Shown here: positions 19,506 to 29,258 of the stretch, piece by piece
Layout of the letters: the number at the start of each line of letters is the position of its first letter
Numbering within the stretch: position 1 is the first letter of the stretch
From: an archaeon
GTDB taxonomy: Archaea > Asgardarchaeota > Thorarchaeia > Thorarchaeales > Thorarchaeaceae
NCBI GenBank assembly: GCA_024276825.1
Contig: JAJRWI010000080.1
Coordinates: 1-36,275 of the forward strand
DNA length: 36,275 bases
Direction of reading: 5' to 3'
Made by a program: the position numbers and the translations under genes
Notes under the pieces: generated by a model
What the model was told of the DNA's origin: nothing
Seen by the model: the letters and a program-made list of their open reading frames with translations, nothing else
The model's database searches: none

Positions 19506-20297
19506 ATGAAAATAGGGACATTTGCACGAGAGAACTCACAAGTAGAAAGGGCCATTCAGTTCTCTCCTGATTTCATTGACCTAAGAATGGACCTCAATTA
19601 TAGTCTGAGTTTTCAAAAGATAACCATGATGCTTAGCGACACTGACATTGAGATAACTCTTCATCTTCCATCAAGCCCTGATTGGAAGCCACAAGAGATC
19701 AGCAGGGAGATTGTTCCCTATATTGATATTGGGGCAGAGATCGGTGCAAAACTTGTCACAATTCACACTACATTATCACCTCTCTTCTATACAGATGAAG
19801 ACATTGACAATTTCCTGCAATCGGTAGTTCTCGCTCATGATGCAGCATTAGAAGTTCGAATTACTCTTGCTGTTGAGAATCTTGGCTTATATTATTCAGA
19901 GCTCGAGTTACTCTTTGAAAGCTGTCCAAGGATGAGGCTCGCTCTGGATATTGGTCATGGCCAGATATATTCCACAGAAAATCGGAGTATTGCAATAATT
20001 CAATCTTTCTATGATCGCATTGAGATGGTCAATGTTCATGACAACCATGGTTCAAGAATGCTTGAAGAAGTCATATCCATGCAAAAAAATGATACAATTT
20101 CAAAGGAAACAATGCGCGAGCTTGGTAAGAAGCATGATGAGCATCTTCCCATCGGAGAGGGAGAAATTGATTTCAAAGCAATATTTGGTAAGCTCAAGAA
20201 GAGAGGCTATGATAAACGCTTTCTTATGATGTGCAAGGACCCATTCAAATTCCCAGATGAACGTGAAAAATTCTTGAATCTGTGGGATGAAGCCTAG
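19506..20297 (+). CDS. Sugar phosphate isomerase/epimerase (AP endonuclease 2 TIM barrel)
   Basis: TLHLP, LAVEN, LDIGH, VHDN, HLPIGEGEIDF. Confidence 0.85.
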   Translation: MKIGTFARENSQVERAIQFSPDFIDLRMDLNYSLSFQKITMMLSDTDIEITLHLPSSPDWKPQEISREIVPYIDIGAEIGAKLVTIHTTLSPLFYTDEDIDNFLQSVVLAHDAALEVRITLAVENLGLYYSELELLFESCPRMRLALDIGHGQIYSTENRSIAIIQSFYDRIEMVNVHDNHGSRMLEEVISMQKNDTISKETMRELGKKHDEHLPIGEGEIDFKAIFGKLKKRGYDKRFLMMCKDPFKFPDEREKFLNLWDEA

Positions 20298-21241
20298 GAT
20301 TTGGACGCAATCGATCTTGCGAGTTTATCAACCTCAGCTATTCCATCGGGGTCCCCAGCCTTAGCAAATAGTGCTCTTGCAATTCGCACAATCTCTACAG
20401 CCTTGTCATATTTTGATTGTACAACAAAGAAGCGTGCTTGCTTGAGCCTTGCTTGAGCCATGGCGCTATAGACATCAGGAGGATAGTCGTAGTTGTCAAT
20501 AGTGATTATTGCACCACATTTAGGACAATGGGTGGGACGATCCACAATATCTTCAGTGGGCGTTGGAGCACGAGTTGCTGGAGTGGGGGCTTCAACCACA
20601 GGCTTGGGAGTCGCTTCTTCAGAAGGAGTTGCTTCCATAGAATCATATCTTGAAGATCTAAACTCTTCAGAAATATCTGAAAGCACATGACCTTCTTCTA
20701 CTTCCACAGATGAAGGTGATTCTTTGTCTTTAGAGATGAGAGCAGAATGTGCACCCAAAAGTTGCTCTTCAATTTCAGATGTATCAGGTGCATCAATAGC
20801 TGGCGCTTCACCCCCTGCAGCGGCAGGTCCTGCAGTACCAGCTGGCATTTCACTGGGTCCCTCTAGTAATTCATGAACCTCGCTTGCCCGTAGCATCCGA
20901 GTTTCAACAATTGAGCCATCTTCTTCACTAATGCCAACTACTTCAGCTCTAGAGAAGGTCTCTCTCGCCTTATCCAATTCACTCTTTCCTCGTTTCTTTG
21001 CAGTTCGGCGAATCCGATCCTTTTGAATCTGGCTTGGGCGGACCCATTCATCATTGGTAGTAGGGGGAGGGGGATTTGCACCAAAAGAAGTAACTTCTTC
21101 AGAGGAATCAGTTGTAATTGATTCTGCTGCAGGCTCTGGCTTTGGAACCTTTTTTACCGGCTTAAGCAAAGAGGCGCCACAGCGAATACAGAACTTTCTT
21201 GTCGGCTGATTAGCCTTACCGCATTTTGGACAAGTCTTCAT
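20294..21241 (-). CDS. Zinc-ribbon protein with long disordered linker and C-terminal helical (TPR-like) region
   Basis: CPKCG..N....KFCIRCG; acidic/Pro/Ala-rich middle; second CPKCG; helical C-terminus. Confidence 0.7.
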   Translation of the reverse strand: MKTCPKCGKANQPTRKFCIRCGASLLKPVKKVPKPEPAAESITTDSSEEVTSFGANPPPPTTNDEWVRPSQIQKDRIRRTAKKRGKSELDKARETFSRAEVVGISEEDGSIVETRMLRASEVHELLEGPSEMPAGTAGPAAAGGEAPAIDAPDTSEIEEQLLGAHSALISKDKESPSSVEVEEGHVLSDISEEFRSSRYDSMEATPSEEATPKPVVEAPTPATRAPTPTEDIVDRPTHCPKCGAIITIDNYDYPPDVYSAMAQARLKQARFFVVQSKYDKAVEIVRIARALFAKAGDPDGIAEVDKLARSIASKS

Positions 21242-21602
21242 CTTGCCAGCCTCTTTCTCCTTCGACTCAATCTTCTATTACATTCCTACTGATATAAGTT
21301 TGCGGAGTGAAAACAAGGCCAATGCTTCTGTCCTAAGATCAATTATATCAATAGCATTGAAATGACCTTTGGAAATTTGGGACATGAAATAGTAAGTTTC
21401 AGTCTATATTGCTAGTGACCTTAGTCCTGTGAGTTATGCAATCACTATTTATTTCGGGATTGTGCTTGAATACATAAGACTTGAACAAAGACTGACACTC
21501 TCGAAATGTGCCAAGTGCGGTCTTCTTGATGGACAGGACTGAGATGTCCAAAATTGTTCAATTAAAAAATGAACAGCAAAATGGCCCCTCCCATTTTTTC
21601 TA

Positions 21603-22811
21603 TTAAACTCCATTCTCATTATCTCTAATTTTACATTCCATTTGAATTGAACTTGCAATTTTACATGCTATCCCGTAGGCTGCTTCCAGGCTTTTCTCAA
21701 TAGTTATGATTGTGCATATCGGAGACCTGCGCTCAACAAGCATACCAGTGGGAGTCAAGTCGAAGGTATGCGGGAACTGTGAGAGGTCAGGACATATCCC
21801 ATCATGCCTTGCATAGACTATCATTTTCACAACAGGCTTGAGCTCAATTCTCTTGGTTGGCAGGCGGCCATTACATGCATTCAAGTGCATCTCAAGAATT
21901 GATGCATTGCTACTGAGTTCTAGCATCTCCAGAGTTCCTTGAATTCGAGGGTTTATTTCCATTAAGAAAATCTCATCATCTCTTATCATAAAATCAAATC
22001 CATTGGATCCAATAAGACCTATAGACTTGCAGATTGATTCGGAAACCCTCTTGATTTTGCTTTGTATGCTGCGTGAGATTTCTAGCGGCCAGTAATTTCC
22101 ACAATACACAAAATCATTGTTTCTGCCGGCGCTCGGCATTCCAATTAGTTGACCCTGAATTGATATTACCTTTACATCATTACCAGTTGAGATGACACTA
22201 CAACTTGCATCAATCCCATTGATGTATTCTTGGATGACAACTGGATTCTTTCTCTCTTTTTGCTGATACAATTCAATGGCTTGCTCAAGATTTAGAAGTA
22301 AATGAATTCGGGAGCCTCCACCAGAATGAATTGATCTCATCACACAAGGAAATCTAATTCTTTTGCACGCTCGAATCAGCGAAGATTTGCTATTTGCTAT
22401 AAGGCGGTTAGGATAATTAATTTCCAGTTCATCCGCCAGTTTTGAGAGAACTTTTGGGTTTCTGGCAGTTTCCATCCTTGATCCAGTATTGCCCATTACT
22501 TGCCAATTTTCGCTTATTCTTTTTAGTGCCATATAGTGATCATCAAATCCACTGCCCACAACTACATAATCAATATCACAATCAATGAACTTCGCCCTGA
22601 AGTTTTCCACAAGAGCTTGGCTCACTTTCATTTCTTCAACTTTATCAAAAGCCGGACTATTAATTGCAGTCCAGTCATCGCAACAAGCACCAAGGTCGCT
22701 ATCGCCCCAATAGTCTGAAACATATACCTTTGCTCCGAGCCGCTTTGCTGAACATGCAATTGGGCGAGCATTGAAACCAATGATACCAATTGAACAGCCT
22801 TTGAATGACAT
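21603..22811 (-). CDS. ATP-grasp protein (COG2232-like)
   Basis: GFNARPIA.SA..LG, SDYWGD.D, GSGFD, QEYING, YCGN, GSNGFDF, EINPRIQGT. Confidence 0.82.
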   Translation of the reverse strand: MSFKGCSIGIIGFNARPIACSAKRLGAKVYVSDYWGDSDLGACCDDWTAINSPAFDKVEEMKVSQALVENFRAKFIDCDIDYVVVGSGFDDHYMALKRISENWQVMGNTGSRMETARNPKVLSKLADELEINYPNRLIANSKSSLIRACKRIRFPCVMRSIHSGGGSRIHLLLNLEQAIELYQQKERKNPVVIQEYINGIDASCSVISTGNDVKVISIQGQLIGMPSAGRNNDFVYCGNYWPLEISRSIQSKIKRVSESICKSIGLIGSNGFDFMIRDDEIFLMEINPRIQGTLEMLELSSNASILEMHLNACNGRLPTKRIELKPVVKMIVYARHDGICPDLSQFPHTFDLTPTGMLVERRSPICTIITIEKSLEAAYGIACKIASSIQMECKIRDNENGV

Positions 22812-23055
22812 GGATTATTCAATATGTGATGACTCCATTATAGTATAAAAATATGAGAACTGATCTGAACATTCAAGCATGAATTAGTGCGATTTCATTG
22901 AATTAACAAGGATATTATTTCGATATATCATCTGAATCTGTATTGATGTAATAACAGCGTAATTATCATTGGTTAGAAATATAAATATCATTTAATTATA
23001 AGATATATTTAAATTTAATATGTTCTTTGAAATAATTACAAGGAGAAAAAAGGTA

Positions 23056-24456
23056 ATGGTATATTATACCGATTTGCCGAAGAGCGACAGACGCTGGGTT
23101 GTGGGTTACTACCTATTCCTATGTCTGATCGGTTTCGCCGTTCTCCTAGGACCAGTAGGCGGTGGAATTCCAATAAATATCATTGGAAATCCGGGCCGAA
23201 ATCAACATGAGATTGCAACTCCAAATTATGGCACTAGCCCGTCTGATTGTCAGACCTGCCATCCTGATGAGTTCAACTATTGGAATCAAACAGGTCATGC
23301 CACGCACATGAGTGTTGTGAACTCAACGCACGTGCGAATTGGAGCATACACAGTTGTATCTTGGGCCTTCTTCAACACTTCCTGTTCAGAGTGTCACACA
23401 ACTGGTTGGGACAATTCAACAGGAACTCCCACGTATGATTTCTTGGGAGTTAATTGTTTTGCGTGTCACAACTCAACCGGATATGTTGACTATTCTGGTG
23501 ATGCTTGTTCCACATGTCACAGACCAAGTGGCGAGGAGCATCCTCATGAATATGTCCCATGGGAAAACTCAGCCCATGCAAACTCCCTGAACGACTTGCG
23601 TAGCACAACTGAAGAAGTTCCTGCTGCAGAGTGTATGCATTGTATGTCCACCGAGGGTTTTGTGTACCAACAGAACCCCGATACGATTGGCAGTGATGTC
23701 AATACTGATTTTGATCCTTACGGGGACTACAATCCAATCTCATGTCCCGCCTGCCATGCAGTTCATGCAAATTGGTCTGCCGTTTCACCTGGTATGATTC
23801 GTGCAGTTAATGACACGCAACTATGCGTAACATGCCATTGGGAAGACCAAATATGGACAGGGGGCCCACACCAGCTTGCTGGAGTTGAATGCACAGACTG
23901 CCACGGTTATGACATTGCCCCAGGTGACAATGTGTTTCTGAACCACACCTTTTCAGTCAATCCAGACAAGGCGTGTGGACAGGCACCAGAGTGCCATATG
24001 GGACAAGAGGACTGGGCGGTCGGTCAGCTTGAGGCGATTCAGAATGCCTTTGACGCACTTTCGCAGGAGATTCTTGATGAGGCTAATTCCCTGCAGGAAG
24101 TCATAAATGCCTATAATGCAACCGACGGTGCCAATCATACATTGGTCACTGAAGTCCAGCAGACCATCGACGAAGTTGTTGAGAATGTTGGGCTGCTTGT
24201 TGCTGATGGTTCTCATGGCTTCCATGATCCAGCAGGAATAAGCTCAAGTCTCACTGCAGAGTACGCAAAGCTGCTGAATGCTAAGGTCTATTTCTATGAG
24301 AACATACCACCTGAAACAGTTACAGTCACACAAACTGTCACACAGACTGTCACAGTTCCAGTTGAAATGACCAATACACTCATGCTGGCTGGCGGAGCAG
24401 TAGGCGGCATCATTGTCGGGTTGCTCCTAGGAATAGTTGTAGGTAAGCGGCGCTAG
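23056..24456 (+). CDS. Membrane-anchored multiheme cytochrome c (7 CxxCH + CxxCM + CX5CH; NrfA/c552-like helical C-terminus)
   Basis: CQTCH, CSECH, CFACH, CSTCH, CPACH, CVTCH, CTDCH; DGSHGFHDP; N-terminal hydrophobic signal; Thr/Val linker, C-terminal TM and KRR; AGGAG before the ATG at 23056. Confidence 0.88.
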   Translation: MVYYTDLPKSDRRWVVGYYLFLCLIGFAVLLGPVGGGIPINIIGNPGRNQHEIATPNYGTSPSDCQTCHPDEFNYWNQTGHATHMSVVNSTHVRIGAYTVVSWAFFNTSCSECHTTGWDNSTGTPTYDFLGVNCFACHNSTGYVDYSGDACSTCHRPSGEEHPHEYVPWENSAHANSLNDLRSTTEEVPAAECMHCMSTEGFVYQQNPDTIGSDVNTDFDPYGDYNPISCPACHAVHANWSAVSPGMIRAVNDTQLCVTCHWEDQIWTGGPHQLAGVECTDCHGYDIAPGDNVFLNHTFSVNPDKACGQAPECHMGQEDWAVGQLEAIQNAFDALSQEILDEANSLQEVINAYNATDGANHTLVTEVQQTIDEVVENVGLLVADGSHGFHDPAGISSSLTAEYAKLLNAKVYFYENIPPETVTVTQTVTQTVTVPVEMTNTLMLAGGAVGGIIVGLLLGIVVGKRR

Positions 24457-24464
24457 TTTAACGC

Positions 24465-24492
24465 GGGGATTTTCATCCCCTTTTCTTTTTTT
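24465..24492 (+). terminator. Hairpin plus poly-T terminator after the cytochrome gene
   Basis: GGGGAT-tttc-ATCCCC followed by TTTTCTTTTTTT, 8 nt after the stop. Confidence 0.7.
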
Positions 24493-24632
24493 GCATTATT
24501 CTTCGCTGTCAAGTATTTCTGTGTGCTGAGAGTGTCGAAATGCAAAGAGGTGAATTTCAATCATTAAATGCCATTGCCTTAACACTAGTCATCGAGCCGA
24601 GTTTAGTAAAGCTCACTGACTGATTGCAATAT

Positions 24633-26612
24633 TTAGATCATAATTAGCGATTGAATCAAAAACTCCAATAATCTGTATACTATTCCCCCAACAATTATTG
24701 CAGTTATTAGATTCGCTAATGCGATTGCAATAGTAGGTCGCCACCCAAATTCTTTGATTAATATTGCGAGGGTTGATATACATGGGATATATAGCATTCC
24801 AATAAGTGCAAGCACGATGAATTGAACAGGCGTTAGAACTAGCGCAAGGTTTGTTCCATAGATGGCAACCAATAAAAGAAGAATGTACTCCTTTCTAATG
24901 ACGCCGAAAATCAATAATATTCCAGCGATTGCAGGTAATCCAAGCCACCAAACAGTAAGCGGAGCTAGAAAGTTGCTTATTGGGTCAAGGAACCCAAATG
25001 CATACATTCCCTGAACCAACGCGCTTCCAAGTATATACAACGGAAAGACCATGTAGATAATTGATTTTGTCCGTGTCCAAGTCTGCTTTGTTACTACAGA
25101 GAAGGAAGGAACTCTAAGAGTATGAATTTCCATTATCAGACCAGTCGTTTCTCCAGACAATGCTTTGAATGCCATTCGACCCACTATGAACATAATAAAG
25201 ATATCAATAAGATAGAGTGCCAATGCCCATTCAATGCTAACAAATGCGGCAACAAGACCAAGAATAATAATGGTTCTCGCAGAACATGGGGCGAAAGTAA
25301 TTGCGAGTGCTGCAAGCATTCTCTCACGTCGGGTTTCCAGTATTCTGGTTGTGTAAATGGCAGGAACATTGCAGCCGTAACCAAGTATCAATGGAACCAG
25401 CGCTTTACCATGTAGCCCAATCTTGTGCATGAAGCTGTCCATCATAAATGCCACTCTTGGTAGAATTCCAGAATCTTCAATCACTGTGAGCATAAGATAA
25501 AAAGGAATTATATAAGGCACAACCAGTGTGATTCCAGCAACAATGCCACCGAAGGCACCGTTCCATAATATGCTGATAACTGGTCCACTTACAACTGGAT
25601 CCACGGGTTGAAAGAATCCAAATAGCTGAGAGAGGATATCAGATAAGAAATTTCCAACTAAGAATGTCCACAACAGCAATGTGGCAATGACCATAAATGA
25701 AACAACATAGCCAAAAACCCGATGAGTCACAATGCGGTCGAGCTTTTCTGATAATGTTGCTTCTATTTCGGTGTTTATCTGGGAGTCGTTTGCAATCCTG
25801 CTTGCGCATGAGTATCTCTCAGAGTTAATGATTGAAAAGCAAGGTTCTTGATGGATGTCCTCTAATTCAATGGCAAGTTGGTTGGCTAGGATGATTATTT
25901 CCTTAGATTCTGATTCCATCTGCTCACGTACTTCTTCATCATCTTCCAACAGCTTAATTGCAATCCATCTTAGAGGATACCCCAATTGAAGTTTGATGGA
26001 CTTGAGGAACTTGACAAGTTTCTCAATCCTCTCTTCCACTTCTGCCCCATATCGAATTAGTGGTTTCTTTTCTTGTGGGGCATTTTTGGCCACCCCTACA
26101 GCTACTTCCATTAAATCATGAAGACCCTCGCCACGAATAGCCACAGTGGGAATGACTGGCACTCCAAGAGCAGCTTGTAGCTTATCAATATCTATAATGA
26201 GCCCCTTTTTCAAAGCAATGTCCATCTGATTGACACAAATGACAAGTGGGACTTCCAGCTCCATCAATTGAAGAGTAAAGTACAGATTGCGTTCTAATAC
26301 TGATGCATCAATGACATTAATTACGACATTTGGCTCTTCAAAGGCAATATACTCTCTAGAAACTACTTCCTCAAGAGAGAATGTTGAGAACGAGTATATT
26401 CCAGGTAGATCAATAACTTCAATATCATAGTTCTCAAAACGAAGATATCCCTTTGCAAGCTCAACTGTCTTTCCCGGCCAATTTCCTATGATCTGACGAG
26501 AGCCTGTGAGATGATTGAAAATCACACTCTTGCCAACATTGGCATTTCCAGCAAGAGCAATAACCAGTTGTTTGTCTGCCGCTTCCATTGATGTCTTGTC
26601 TTCAGAAGGCAT
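24633..26612 (-). CDS. feoB: Ferrous iron transporter FeoB
   Basis: [38 protein letters not shown]; start placed at the ATG at 26612 to avoid overlap with the upstream gene. Confidence 0.95.
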   Translation of the reverse strand: MPSEDKTSMEAADKQLVIALAGNANVGKSVIFNHLTGSRQIIGNWPGKTVELAKGYLRFENYDIEVIDLPGIYSFSTFSLEEVVSREYIAFEEPNVVINVIDASVLERNLYFTLQLMELEVPLVICVNQMDIALKKGLIIDIDKLQAALGVPVIPTVAIRGEGLHDLMEVAVGVAKNAPQEKKPLIRYGAEVEERIEKLVKFLKSIKLQLGYPLRWIAIKLLEDDEEVREQMESESKEIIILANQLAIELEDIHQEPCFSIINSERYSCASRIANDSQINTEIEATLSEKLDRIVTHRVFGYVVSFMVIATLLLWTFLVGNFLSDILSQLFGFFQPVDPVVSGPVISILWNGAFGGIVAGITLVVPYIIPFYLMLTVIEDSGILPRVAFMMDSFMHKIGLHGKALVPLILGYGCNVPAIYTTRILETRRERMLAALAITFAPCSARTIIILGLVAAFVSIEWALALYLIDIFIMFIVGRMAFKALSGETTGLIMEIHTLRVPSFSVVTKQTWTRTKSIIYMVFPLYILGSALVQGMYAFGFLDPISNFLAPLTVWWLGLPAIAGILLIFGVIRKEYILLLLVAIYGTNLALVLTPVQFIVLALIGMLYIPCISTLAILIKEFGWRPTIAIALANLITAIIVGGIVYRLLEFLIQSLIMI

Positions 26613-26643
26613 AGAGCAATGACCTGTAAGTCTCACTATATGA

Positions 26644-27381
26644 TTACACTCCCAGAACTTCAACAAAGACACTCGAACCAACAGTCCGGCCAAGAGCGAT
26701 ATTTGATCCTCTGACCGCAATCTCCACCGGACCTCTGAACGGTGCTTTTCTCAAAACGACAATTGTAGCACCTACTGTAATGCCTAAGTCCAAGAGTCTT
26801 CTGATCATTTTGTGACCACCTCGGATAAAGGCAATTCTGGCCTTTTGTCCCTCTTTTAAAGCAGGGTCGGCCAATGATATTACATCTTGGTCGCGCTTGC
26901 CTATTTCTCCAAGATCGCGTCTTTTTTTCTTCATACACTCATCACAGCTTGATAATTTCAAATCACATGCAGGGATTGGATTACGAGTGTCTGGACACTT
27001 ATCCGGATGCTTAAGCAATTGGCATAGCGCTCGCTCGGACTCGTCATTTAAGGTGTGTTCTATTTCGCATGCCTGATCATGAACACGATCCTTCTTGATT
27101 TTCAGAATGTAATGCAAGAAACATTCGAGCAATCTGTGTCTGCGAACCATCTTTTTGGCGATTCTACGTCCTTCAACTGTTAGATTCACGCCCTTATACG
27201 GGTAGTAATTGACATAGCCCAACTCACTTAATCGTTGCATCATCTGAGTGACACTTGCAGGGGCGATGTTCATTTTTTTAGCAATCTCTGAATTCTTCAC
27301 CTTATCAGCATTCTGACTGAGCTTATAGATCACTTCAAGATATTCTTGGATGCTTTCACTCTGTAATTCGTCAGTGGACAT
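26644..27381 (-). CDS. DtxR/MntR family metal-dependent repressor with C-terminal FeoA domain
   Basis: EYLEVIY, PASVTQM, RRHRLLE.FL, ACEIEH, P..CP; FeoA RRLLDLG...APFRGPV...IALGR. Confidence 0.92.
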   Translation of the reverse strand: MSTDELQSESIQEYLEVIYKLSQNADKVKNSEIAKKMNIAPASVTQMMQRLSELGYVNYYPYKGVNLTVEGRRIAKKMVRRHRLLECFLHYILKIKKDRVHDQACEIEHTLNDESERALCQLLKHPDKCPDTRNPIPACDLKLSSCDECMKKKRRDLGEIGKRDQDVISLADPALKEGQKARIAFIRGGHKMIRRLLDLGITVGATIVVLRKAPFRGPVEIAVRGSNIALGRTVGSSVFVEVLGV

Positions 27382-27397
27382 TTTAGCTTCGCCTAAA
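27382..27397. promoter_or_regulatory. DtxR-type operator immediately upstream of the repressor ATG
   Basis: Minus strand TTTAGGCGAAGCTAAA (TTTAG-N6-CTAAA), similar to the DtxR-family TTAGG...CCTAA box. Confidence 0.6.
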
Positions 27398-27582
27398 TTT
27401 TACTTAAAAGATTGTAATGTATAGTTGCCTATGAAGTTATCTATCATTGCAGAATGAATTTGTTTCTTATTTGATGCGATTGACTCATCCAAAAATGCCT
27501 TCAATTGATTTGAGTTTGACTCATTTTATAATTCTATATATAAGTCCTAATTCTAGCCCATATAGAAGAGGTGATCTATCTG

Positions 27583-28032
27583 ATGTTTCTTGATAAGAAA
27601 GTAAGTCATTTTTTTGATGCGCTCCATGTGGGAGTTGTTATTCTGAATCCAAATGATCAAATTATTCTTTTTAACAAAATGGCTGGGAAAATGCTCGGAC
27701 AGGACCCATCAAGTCGGATTAACAGTTCAATTCTTCGATGCCATCCGAAGCGTGCAGAGCCAGGTGTTCAAAAGATGCTCGATGAATTAAAATCTGGTGA
27801 ATTAAAAAAATATCAGGGCTGGGTCAATTTCCAGGGTCGCATTCTATGGGAGCACATCTATCCTGTGAGAGATGAGAAAGGAAACTACCTTGCTACAATG
27901 ATTGAACTTCATGATGGCACAGCAAAGGCCAGATTGCTTGAGTTGGAGGGAAAATTCGAAAAACCTGAAATGCATGGCGTTGGGGCTAGTTCTCCAAGAA
28001 GCCCTTTCCCGGATTCGGAAACTGACGAATGA
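27583..28032 (+). CDS. Stand-alone PAS domain protein
   Basis: GVVILN...IILFN..A, SILRCHP, PVRDEKGNYL; GAGGTGA RBS before the ATG at 27583. Confidence 0.8.
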   Translation: MFLDKKVSHFFDALHVGVVILNPNDQIILFNKMAGKMLGQDPSSRINSSILRCHPKRAEPGVQKMLDELKSGELKKYQGWVNFQGRILWEHIYPVRDEKGNYLATMIELHDGTAKARLLELEGKFEKPEMHGVGASSPRSPFPDSETDE

Positions 28033-28057
28033 TGTCAATTGAACATATTGCAGCCAA

Positions 28058-28969
28058 CTAAATTCCCAATACTACCAATATGACACCAACAATAGTAATT
28101 ACAATTCCAAAACATGCCAGTTTCGTCAACTCCTCCTTTAGAAAGATTACAGATATGGGAACTGCGAAGATTGGAGCAGATGATGCAATGACTGAGGTAA
28201 TAGCTGCTCCTGCATATTTTACTGATGCGACATATAACAAAGAGCCTAATCCCATGCCAAAAAACGCAGCCATGGCCACAATCTTCATTGATTTTCTAGA
28301 GGGCAAGGCCATGCCGTTTCGTAATGCTATTGATACTATTGGAAGAAAAGCAGCGGACCCGAATAGCAGACGGATAAAGTTGCCGCTAAACACATCAATA
28401 TTATACATACCAACTTGTAATATGGTTGTAGCAATGGCATACAATATCGCTGTGAGAAATGCCATCCCAACTCCTATTAGATTGGTTCTTTTATTTCTAA
28501 ATTTGTCCGACAAATCTTCAGATTTACTTTGCTCACTTGAAATTACTGTTATTCCAAGTATTGCGAGAATTGTTCCAATCAATCTTGAAACAATAAAGGG
28601 CTCTTGCAGAAACCATATCGTAAATGCAAAAGTGAATATTGGAAAAGACATTGCTATTGGAAATGCATAGGACACACCAATTCTCTCTTGGCTCATAAGA
28701 TATATTGTGTCTCCAACCACAGCACCAAGAATGACCGAAGCTGCTAAAAGAACTACTGTTTCAAGGGGAATCATTGTAATTGCTGTTTGACCAAACAATA
28801 TCGCGGCAAAAGCAATTATAGGTAATGCTATCCACATTTTTAGAGAACTGATCAAAAGAGGTCGAATCTCTTCTCTTTGGGATCTATAAATAACAACTGA
28901 AATAGCATAAAAGACCACTCCAATCAGACCCATTATTGAGCCAAAGAGAACATCCGGTATGGGTTGCAT
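28058..28969 (-). CDS. DMT/EamA family transporter
   Basis: 10 TM segments in two repeats; IGVS.A.PI, FLQE and FLKE motifs. Confidence 0.9.
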   Translation of the reverse strand: MQPIPDVLFGSIMGLIGVVFYAISVVIYRSQREEIRPLLISSLKMWIALPIIAFAAILFGQTAITMIPLETVVLLAASVILGAVVGDTIYLMSQERIGVSYAFPIAMSFPIFTFAFTIWFLQEPFIVSRLIGTILAILGITVISSEQSKSEDLSDKFRNKRTNLIGVGMAFLTAILYAIATTILQVGMYNIDVFSGNFIRLLFGSAAFLPIVSIALRNGMALPSRKSMKIVAMAAFFGMGLGSLLYVASVKYAGAAITSVIASSAPIFAVPISVIFLKEELTKLACFGIVITIVGVILVVLGI

Positions 28970-28990
28970 AAATGTAAGCTAAATTGCAAA

Positions 28991-29217
28991 GCAAAAACAC
29001 TATTGGTCAATGCCAGATTTTTCAATCTCACATGCCTCATCGATCAATTTAACAGCTGTTCTAAATACCTAATGAGATGCTGCAACCATTGGAATTTATT
29101 TCTCACATCTTGGTTTCTTGTAGTATCCTTTTGTTAGGATTTCTGCCATCATGATCATAATTTCAAGTGCATCATAGGCTTTCGCATATGTGTATGGATT
29201 AGTGAATCTTGCCAGCT
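28991..29217 (-). pseudogene. Decayed duplicate of the mtd 3' region
   Basis: FTNPYTYAKAYDALEI...TKGYYK...EK*IPMVAASH*VFRTAVKLIDEACEIEK versus Mtd FTNPYAYAKAYAALEI...; gapless 29020-29209 versus 32061-32250, hand count 132/190 nt; two in-frame stops. Confidence 0.92.
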
Positions 29218-29258
29218 ATTAAGCTGCATTCCGATTGCCATTCAAATCTAGTTCAGCC

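Noticed and set aside
21400-21600. Tiny plus-strand frame ending ...SKCAKCGLLDGQD* with a nearby AAAATGG/CCATTTT hairpin
   Set aside because: Single CxxC, no convincing start or RBS, no recognisable homology.
24318-24360. Near-tandem 12-bp ACTGTCACACAR repeats
   Set aside because: Simply encodes the Thr/Val stalk of the cytochrome.
26613-26720. N-terminal extension of the FeoB ORF
   Set aside because: Overlaps the DtxR-FeoA 3' end; the ATG at 26612 is more plausible.
28080-28670. 196-aa plus-strand ORF and the many other short overlapping ORFs in the track
   Set aside because: Antisense or off-frame shadows of well-supported genes, with no motifs.
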